DNA of 57,924 nt from Selaginella moellendorffii. Lineage: Eukaryota > Plantae > Lycopodiophyta. The notes under the pieces were generated by a model. That model was given only the letters and a program-made list of their open reading frames with translations, made no database searches and had not been told where the DNA came from. Below, piece after piece: positions 50,951-57,924 of this stretch. Numbering within the stretch: position 1 is the stretch's first letter; each line of letters begins with the position of its first letter. The stretch covers positions 1,417,081 to 1,475,004 of the forward strand of contig NW_003314310.1 of assembly GCF_000143415.4 (NCBI RefSeq), in the 5' to 3' direction. The position numbers were made by a program, and so were the translations under genes.

Positions 50951-51778
50951 CCTGTGATGAAAGGAATGCACCCTTCTCCTCGGGACAGCCACAGCTCCAT
51001 GGCCGTTGGGTCTAAGCTCTATGTGTTTGGTGGTACCAATGGAACCAGCACACTTGACGATCTCTTTGTTTTGGATAATGGTAAGCTCCTGAGTTCTATC
51101 ATTTTTTTTCTCGTTCTTATCATCTGATGCAGCTACCAACACCTGGGGGAAACCCGACGTTTTTGGTGATGTTCCTGCTCCAAGAGAAGGACATAGCGCG
51201 TCTCTCATCGGTGACAACCTGTTCGTGTTTGGGGGATGTGGGAAATCCAGCGATCCCTCAGAGGAGGAGTACTACAACGACCTCCATGTTTTGAACATGA
51301 GTAATATCCTGTTATCTTTCCTTGTTTTCTTCTAAACTTTTTTTTTTTCCTGTAGATACTTTTGTCTGGAAGAAGATTTCTACCACTGGAGTCTCACCTA
51401 TTCCTCGGGATAGCCATACCTGCTCTTCCTATAAGAACTGTTTCGTTGTCATGGGTGGCGAGGACAGTGGTAATCCAGAAACAATGGCATGGCGGGAGGT
51501 AAAGACGACTGGTGCGGAGCTGATGCCAGGAACTGGGCACACAACAATCAGCCATGGAAAGTATCTCGCTTGTAGGTAGATTTGTTTCCTGTTGGTCTCT
51601 CATGGGGCTTTTACGTATTTTGTAGCGACTGGTGTTTGGGCGACTTCGAATCCCTCTGGTCCCGGGCCTTCTCCACGTTTCTCCCTTGCAGGAGATTCTG
51701 TGGACGCAGAGCGAGGCATATTATTCTTCTATGAGGGATGTAACGAAGAGCTTGAAGCTCTGGATGACATGTATTTCC
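50951..51778 (+). pseudogene. Kelch-repeat protein fragment (N-terminal repeats)
   Basis: PSPRDSHSSMAVGSKLYVFGG, PAPREGHSASLIGDNLFVFGG, PIPRDSHTCSSYKNCFVVMGG and PSPRFSLAG...ELEALDDMYF. GT-AG introns and internal deletions. Confidence 0.9.
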
Positions 51779-51889
51779 CTTTTATCACAACAGTTTATTT
51801 AATGCTGTCTTATTCCTTCACAAATGGCTTTTTTAAAAACAGTTCATGGCTTTGTCTGTAAGAAAGTAGAGTAGGCTGCCATGTAGAGC

Positions 51890-52035
51890 TCCAATCCTTG
51901 TTCTCCACCACCTCAACTGCCATGTACTTCACTGTGGTGATATCTCCTAAAGGTGTTGATCACCACTTTGTTGTGCATGTTTAGCTTGGAAAGAATGTTG
52001 TCGAGCTTGAGATCCTGGTGAACCACGCCCCTCAA
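51890..52035 (-). pseudogene. Ser/Thr protein kinase fragment (subdomains VIb-VIII)
   Basis: RGVVHQDLKLDNIL then, after a frameshift, KYMAVEVVENK (cf. HRDLKLENIL, YMAPEV). Confidence 0.65.
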
Positions 52036-52369
52036 ATAAATCTATTTGAAGGTCTTTACCAGCTGCTTGATGATTCTGGCTGCTTTCTCCTCACCAATCT
52101 TCTCGCCAATATGCTATATTTAAAAGACCAAATAATTATGGAATAACGCCTTAAGAAAGGAAGGCAATATTTACACCAACGACTGTAACCACTCGAGGAA
52201 AAATGCCCGTGCCCTGTCCAAAAGAAGACTCGGACAACACCACAAAGTCTGTCAAACTTTCCGTGCGTCAGCGACCCAACCAAATCCTCCAATGCAGCTG
52301 CATACACACAACTTGGCCTTTACTATGGCCTTTTGGACGTCCTGTTGTTTCCAACGAAACAAACCTTGC

Positions 52370-52752
52370 CATGTAGCAAAGCCAGGCTTGTACAAGAAGA
52401 GCAGCCCACAGAAGAGTTTCCCATCGATGGAGGCTTCTAGCGTGTATCCGTAGTTGAATACGTCGCTTTCTCTAGCCTCGAACATCTTCTCGCCTAGTGG
52501 CTGAACGTGAGCTTGAAACTCTGTAGCATGAGTTTGACAGGGAAAAATTGGAGAGGTCCAAGGTTTTCCGCAGATACCTCTGTGAGATGAAACCAAGCTC
52601 TTGTCCACATCCTGTTGCTTGTCTAGCACGAATGGCGTGGCACGATACTTTTGCCACCTTCTCTTAAGTTCCTTACGCATGGATAGCTTTGGTTCTGATG
52701 GATCTTTCTCCCTCAGCATCTCTTCACAGAAAAACGGCAACCATATTGTCAA
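52370..52752 (-). pseudogene. C-terminal part of the same kelch gene, inverted
   Basis: EMLREKDPSEPKLSMRKELKRR...GEKMFEA..SDVFNYGYTLEASIDGKLF.GLLF.YKP resembles the tail of plant kelch proteins of the At1g18610/At1g74150 type. The sequence rejoins YF|LDN across 51778/52752. Confidence 0.8.
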
Positions 52753-54399
52753 GAATGGCAGCAATGTCATATGTATGTGTTTATAGACACAACTTTGAAG
52801 CCATGAGCTTGGTTTGATTCGGTACATGATATTTGTACATTAACTCAGGGCATAGAAATGATTTCCGTGTTTGGTGTTTTGCTCTCTCTCGTAAAGGTTT
52901 TAGGTAAAAAACAAAATGTCTATATGTCGTTCCAGATCACTATCCTAAAAACGCTTAAAACATTCAAAAGGAAGCGTGCAGGCAGAAAACAGTTTAGAAG
53001 AGTGACCTGCACATACAAGAATCTCTATTCTATTGTGCTATTGCTATGTTTGCTTGAATACAAAACAGAAAAAAAAACCAAAAAAACTTATCGATAAGAA
53101 ACTGCATCGTTGCATGACGATCTAAACAGAACTAACACCTACCAAAACTATTCTACTTTGCTGAAATCTACTAGCCTATTATACAAATTGAAATAACTAG
53201 CTGGAAATGGGCCGCAAAAGAAAGCAGAAAACTGTGGATGCCATTTTAGAAGGGGATGTAATTGTAGCAAATGCTACTGGAAATCAAGAACTCATACCTT
53301 TTACCACTAATGTGGAGATTTGTTTGGAAACTAATATGGGCAAAAACAATGCTTGCAGAATATGTAAAACCGGAGATGTTATGCCAACTGGCAACACCCA
53401 TGGATTTGTCAGAAATTGCAGCATTAAGATCGACAAGCTGTGAAGGAGTGGTGTAAAAAGGAGTGCTCCCGGCCTTGAGAACGACTTGGGCATGAAGAAA
53501 GTTCGTGCGGCTTTAAAGAAAATGCCAGCAGTAAGTTCCTATTTCCTTTTCACCATTACTAACTTCATTTGCTTGCGTTTTTCTTTTTTGTATTCTCTGG
53601 ACATCAACATCTCTTATGTCTACTGGAAAACATTTTTGGTGGCTGCCAAGAACAACTGCAAAATGAAAACAAGTTGGAACGAAAAGGAAAACGAGGGAGT
53701 TGAAATGTAAAGAAAGAATTGTAAAACGCTTATTGATATATAAATAAAGACCAAAGTTGAATCGAGATCTTTTGCTAATCATCCAATATATGAAAGAGCC
53801 TCATTGATCATTGCAGTAGGTGGCCCTAATTATTTTAATCTATATATATAAATTTAATATAATATTGGAAGTTTCAAACCAAATAATGAAAAATATGCAG
53901 CTTATTCACAATGAAATATTTTAGAATACTGCTCAAGCAACGGAAATAAAAATCAAAAAACAAACACAATTATAAATGCAATGAGCAACTAATGGGTGGT
54001 ATTGATAAATTATTAAAAGAGATAAATCCCTATGCTAATGCAATCAAAAAATGGTAAGAAATGGAAAATGAAGAGTTAAATTCAACAAATATTCAAGGAG
54101 GCATAAGTGATATTGTAATACATATAAAAGGCAATTGGACAACTGATCCAAGATGATATAATTCACTAGGTTCAAATGATTTTAAACATTTAGTTGTACA
54201 AAGATGGTATTCATTGATGAATTTTTTTATTATGTCTACTATATACGATTTTTTTTTTTTAAAAAAAATGTTCAATATGTTTAAAAATATAGTATCGAAT
54301 CAATGAAATACTCCTTCTTCTAGAATAAAAACTTTATAGAACAAAGAGTATCTGATTAATTCAATACTAGATTATTAAAATTAAACATAATTTTTATTA

Positions 54400-54900
54400 C
54401 AAAGATGGTATATAGTACACACAGTAAAAGATATACTATAAAGTTAAAAGTAAACAAAGTAGTGACTATATATTTTTTAACTTAAAATAGAAGAGTTGAA
54501 TAGCTCCAGCTATTATATCTTGTAAAAAAGTTATCATAATCTTATGATTTATAACTTTATGATATTGCATAACTATGAGACTATATCTGAACTCATAAAC
54601 AACTCAATAAGAGTAGATTCATTGATAAATGTTTAATAAGTCTGTTATTTACACTAATAATTTCTGCATTGATATGAGGAAAACAGATAAATAAAATATC
54701 ATTGAGACAACATTAGACACAATACAAAACCCTACCATCTTAAAAAATGTGATTCATCATCACTTAAAATTTTATTATTAATAAAGCAATCTATACAAAA
54801 AAATTTATTTTCTGATATGTGATGGTTTTAGGTAAAAACAATATTATAAATCTTCAATACCATAATATCAGGATAAAAACTTACCTTTTATTGAAAGATT
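54400..54900 (-). pseudogene. Fourth copy of the AT-rich orphan ORF family
   Basis: Minus strand ILSDDESHF...GTATTGTGT (~54715-54770). GAGTTGAATAGCTCCAGCTATT (54493) matches GAGTTGAATAGCTTCAGCTATT (31326). Confidence 0.55.
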
Positions 54901-56444
54901 TTAACCTCATTATAAATTTATATAAAAATAAATTAAACATAAAGGTAATAATCTTAATTCATTTTTTCATTCTCTCTGTATAAAAACACATACAGAAAGA
55001 ATCTTAATGATATAAAATATAATACTTTAACTTTTATATAGTACTTCTAAAAAGTATAAATGTAAATATTTTGAAGGGAGAGGATATCGAATACAAATAT
55101 GGAAAAAAATTCTGAAATAAAAATATAATCTAATTTTAGAGAATAAGTTTAATTAATATTTAAAAAATACTAAAAATAATATAGAGAAAATAAAATATCT
55201 AAATTAGAATATTAAAAAATAGTTTCTATAAAAAATATGTTATTTTATAATTTAAAATAGATTAGTTAATACTTCTAGATATTTGTTGTGTAAATTATTT
55301 TGTTATTAGTAATATTATGTGAATTAATAATATAAATATAAATGAAATTAAACATATTGAAATGTCAATAGGCTAAGATGTAGCCTAAGATTTATAAAAT
55401 ATCATAAATTTTCTACCACTTTATCCTACATTGCATTTATACATGAAAATCGTAATAAGGTATAAATATGATTGAGACAACATTTGTACATGGACCATAT
55501 AAAGAAATTTAATTATATTATATGAAATCTTCTATATACCATTCATGAATTTTCTGATATATTATAGTTCTAGCAAAAAGAAAAGATTATATATCATCAA
55601 ACCCTACTCTACCCCAGTATAGAGTACAACATTACCATTCATTTATCATCATGAAATTTCAGCATTCAATATAGGGAGATAATAATCTTATTTTTGATTT
55701 ATAAAAATAACTACAGAAATAATATTTATGATATATAATAGAATACTTTCTGTTTTAAATATTACTATAAAAATCCATGAATATAAATATTAGGTAAAAA
55801 GGGAATATCAATGATCAATATGTAAAATGTTATAATTAATATAAAATATTAAAAATAAATTATAACACATAAAGCTAACATCTTTCATATTATCATGCAA
55901 TCCCAAATCTTTCAGTCTGAAATGATGAAAATAGAAACTCCATAGTAATGTTTATTTTTTTTAAATTTAAAAGATGTACGCACTTTAAATGAGTGTTTAA
56001 ATATATATTAAATATATTTTTAACATCATTATATTTGAGTGTAGTTAAGTAACACATACTTTATTAAGTGGAAAAATTATAGAGTTTAATAAATTATCAA
56101 ATAATAATATTTTTATCAATTATAAAGAGATTTCAAATAAAAGAAAACATTAGTTATTAAACAAATGGCTCATCTGGCCAGGGGATCCTACAGTGAGAAA
56201 TTCCATTTATAGAATATCCAAGACTTCACTCAACAATCAGAATTTTAAATTTGATATAATGTACTGAGTTATATTTATTATTTTATGATGTGTGTTGGTG
56301 ATAGAATCAATTGTAGAAGAATTTTTTAATATAAAGATTATGTTATTTTTAACTATATATCTTATAATTATGATTATGTTAAAAATTACAATTACGCTTA
56401 CAACTCTTTGAAATTATTAAAATATAAAAAAGAAAGACAATGTG

Positions 56445-56470
56445 CCCAGCGTAGCTGGGACTTTTGCTAG
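56445..56470 (+). mobile_element. Helitron 3' terminus
   Basis: CCCAGC-GTA-GCTGGG hairpin, ACTTTTG spacer, then CTAG followed by T, at the end of a long AT-rich tract. Confidence 0.85.
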
Positions 56471-56494
56471 TACTCCCTTATTTAAAATTGCTAA

Positions 56495-56520
56495 CTAGCA
56501 AGGAATCCAGCTCTGCTGGC
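56495..56520 (-). mobile_element. Helitron 3' terminus, opposite strand
   Basis: Minus strand reads CCAGC-AGA-GCTGG-ATTCCTTG-CTAG|T. Confidence 0.8.
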
Positions 56521-56949
56521 CTGACCAAAATAAGTCTTTGAAAACACTTTACTGGGACAGAAAAGTTATAGCTAATAATGCAACATAAAATAAATTAGTG
56601 TATATTGTATGCTTCTAGGATTTATCATGAGCATTTATAAAATCTATAACAGTAATAATAATCACAAAGCCTTTTATAAGAGAAATCAAGTTTACAAATA
56701 ATTAATTTTCTTTTAATTTGTAATTATTTAAAAATAAATGAAAATAATATTAGCAGGGATTCCAGTAGAAATTAAAATCAAGGATCCCAGCTCTGATGGG
56801 AAGTAGATATAAAATTCTGTAAATGTAAATTAGTTTTCTGATTTAAAAATATACTTTAATGATTCTGTAAATTAATATTTGTTCATTTTTGAGGTTCTAA
56901 TAATATTTCCTGAACTTGTGTTACTTAAGTGGTTAATAGATTTAACGTT

Positions 56950-57560
56950 TTTAGATTGTCATAGCTTATGACAAGTTTTGATTGAAGCCAAGCAGGCATT
57001 GCAGCCTTGAAGCCTTGGAGGACTTATACCTTTTATGGAGCACAATCGGTCTGTGCCATACTGCCAACAGAAAGGCTTCTTAGTGTAGAAAATATTTTTA
57101 ACAGTTAGAGAAAAACATGAATGACAACAGCGTAGCCATGTCCTGCCCCACCAAGGACATGACCACATGGCAAGTGCTCGACCTCAAGCACAAATCTTGA
57201 CATATCCATTCATGCTCTTGCCATTTGAAACAGGTCCTTTAGCCCAATATTCATGCTCCTAGCTGCATTCCTAGCTTTCTTACTGCTTAGATTCATGGTA
57301 TCCAATGATACCATTCAGAGGTAGCCATGAGGTGCTGGTTTTTATCCTCTCAATGCTCAACATTGTTTTCTTTGGGGAAGAAGTATGTGGTCATGGCAGC
57401 TCCCAGGATCAAAGAGTATCTCAAGGTTGAGTAATGGTAGAAAGTTCTAATCAAGTTTTACTGCTCATTCAATCTGGAAGCCTGCTACTCATCAGGAAAA
57501 GGATTGGAAATCTAGGAGACACTATCTACTCCTAGAGACGTCTCTGCTGGAACCAGCAAT
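56950..57560 (-). mobile_element. Decayed LINE 3' fragment (zf-RVT-like)
   Basis: Frameshifted KIC..LEVEHL..MWSCPWWGRTW around 57135-57205, in Trp-rich broken frames. Confidence 0.45.
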
Positions 57561-57924
57561 GCTATAGGTTGGGTCCAGAAAAATGCTGTTATGTCATCCC
57601 TCATAAAAATATTATCAATAAAAAAATCTCATAAAATACATAAAAGGATCCATATTATAATTTATAATAATGAAGTTGTTATGACTTTCAAAATCTCATA
57701 AAAGGATCAATACTTTGATGAGAGAAAAATGCTGTTATCTCAAGTATAAGCCAGCTATGTTTTTTTTGAGAAACCTGTTCAACTCCCAGGTGTCTTCAAG
57801 TTCTTCCGTAATCTTCAATACCTCCTGTTTGGTCTTAGATTTTTCTGTCTCATCAAAGCCCACAGTCTTCTCTTAGTAGCAAATTTCTTCTTTTCCTTCT
57901 CAATTCAAGCTGTAGCGACTGCAT

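Overview
Eukaryotic, transposon-rich land-plant DNA. Short GT-AG introns (~45-70 nt), plant-type LTR elements primed by tRNA-iMet and two flagellar genes point to a plant with motile sperm, most plausibly the lycophyte Selaginella (inference, not checked). Two host genes are recognisable: an ARM-repeat radial-spoke gene, RSPH14-like (+, 8620-10266), and IFT140 (-, 34763-38393, interrupted by and running toward assembly gaps). The rest is mostly mobile DNA: Helitron remnants (decayed PIF1 helicase end and several hairpin+CTAG 3' ends), LINE fragments, Ty3/gypsy fragments, and a nested LTR stack at 13870-25633 bounded by a GGAAG target-site duplication. That stack holds an inverted sister copy, a solo LTR with its own TSD and a 5S-rRNA-containing Cassandra-like LTR. 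A patchwork of host-gene fragments (malate dehydrogenase, C2 domain, kelch, kinase) lies among Helitron ends at 48.8-52.8 kb. The least explained signal is a multi-copy, decayed, AT-rich orphan ORF family (DDxSHxFKL...LCxxC; INFTxxCINKYH; a hydrophobic segment) found mostly near Helitron-like DNA. All alignments and translations were done by eye.
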